64,000 bases of DNA from an uncultured Clostridia bacterium (lineage in GTDB: Bacteria > Bacillota > Clostridia > TANB77 > CAG-508), in contig CALXVM010000002.1 of the NCBI GenBank assembly GCA_944392105.1, forward strand, positions 9,026-73,025. The letters are read 5' to 3'. Below are positions 63,607 to 64,000 of the stretch, piece after piece (position 1 is the stretch's first letter; each line of letters opens with the position of its first letter). The translations under genes and the position numbers were made by a program. The notes under the pieces were generated by a model. The model did no database searches. It saw nothing but the letters and a program-made list of their open reading frames with translations, and was not told the origin of the DNA.

Positions 63607-63739
63607 ATAATTATTATTTATATAATTACAATTAAATAAATAATAATTAAAAACAATAATATTAATTAATATTATAAAAAATTTTAATCATTATCTATTA
63701 AAATATAAAAATAAAATCAACGAAAGAGGTGTTTTAAAT

Positions 63740-64000
63740 ATGAGTAACTTATTAGAGAATAATCAAGAAATAAGTAATACTTTGACAAATTCTAATGAAA
63801 ATGAGCTAACAAATGAAAAAGAACAAAAAAGTTTTTTAGAGACAACATTAGGGAAAACAATTAATACAGCAATTGACATAGGATTAAGATGGGTATTACC
63901 AGATTTTATAGAAAATCAAATAATAGATGTAAAAGATAGTTTAATTAAAGGAGGTCTAAAGGAAGGAATAAATACTGTTATAGATAGTGCTGTTGATATG
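63740..64000 (+). CDS. hypothetical protein, 5' part (runs off the right edge)
   Basis: AAAGAGGTG RBS, then ATG at 63740. Encodes MSNLLENNQEISNTLTNSNENELTNEKEQKSFLETTLGKTINTAIDIGLRWVLPDFIENQIIDVKDSLIKGGLKEGINTVIDSAVDM, open to the window end. Confidence 0.55.
   Translation, partial: MSNLLENNQEISNTLTNSNENELTNEKEQKSFLETTLGKTINTAIDIGLRWVLPDFIENQIIDVKDSLIKGGLKEGINTVIDSAVDM

Overview
Replication-origin region of a very low-GC, spore-forming Firmicute (Clostridia-like) chromosome; intergenic DNA is almost pure A/T. The core synteny is classic. On the minus strand: rpmH-rnpA-yidD-yidC-jag-mnmE-mnmG-rsmG-soj-spo0J-DUF4446. On the plus strand: dnaA-dnaN-recF-remB-gyrB. DnaA boxes lie on both sides of dnaA, and a DnaA-trio plus an AT-rich unwinding element sit just upstream of dnaN. 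The left half carries housekeeping and sporulation genes: murF, ddl, sleB-ypeB, recR-ybaB-dnaX with an SRP RNA, tadA, spoIIR, murA, rlmH, spmAB, abrB with tandem Spo0A boxes, rsmI, and a double-ATPase CoA-activase pair. There are four tRNAs: Ser-CGA, Arg-CCT, Ser-GCT and Ser-TGA. Both window edges carry decaying type IV secretion (conjugation) genes. On the left is a frameshifted VirD4/TraG. On the right is a VirB4 split in-frame, with both parts lacking a canonical start codon, followed by a ParA/TadZ-like ATPase. gyrA is absent downstream of gyrB. The most unusual feature is a 6.2-kb ORF-free stretch (35.8-42.0 kb). It holds five direct copies and one inverted copy of a ~380-nt noncoding module, and a seventh copy lies at 62.8-63.2 kb on the other side of oriC. 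Each module is defined by four short motifs (TTTTGACAA, TCCGTTTA, TTTTGACAA, TTATGTATACT) at nearly invariant spacing (about 151 and 159 nt), while the sequence between them has diverged. The modules alternate with spacers of a few hundred nt (about 240-670) that are almost pure A/T and full of perfect A/T palindromes and microsatellites. I could not assign this module to any element class I know. All coordinates and spacings were counted by hand and should be recomputed.
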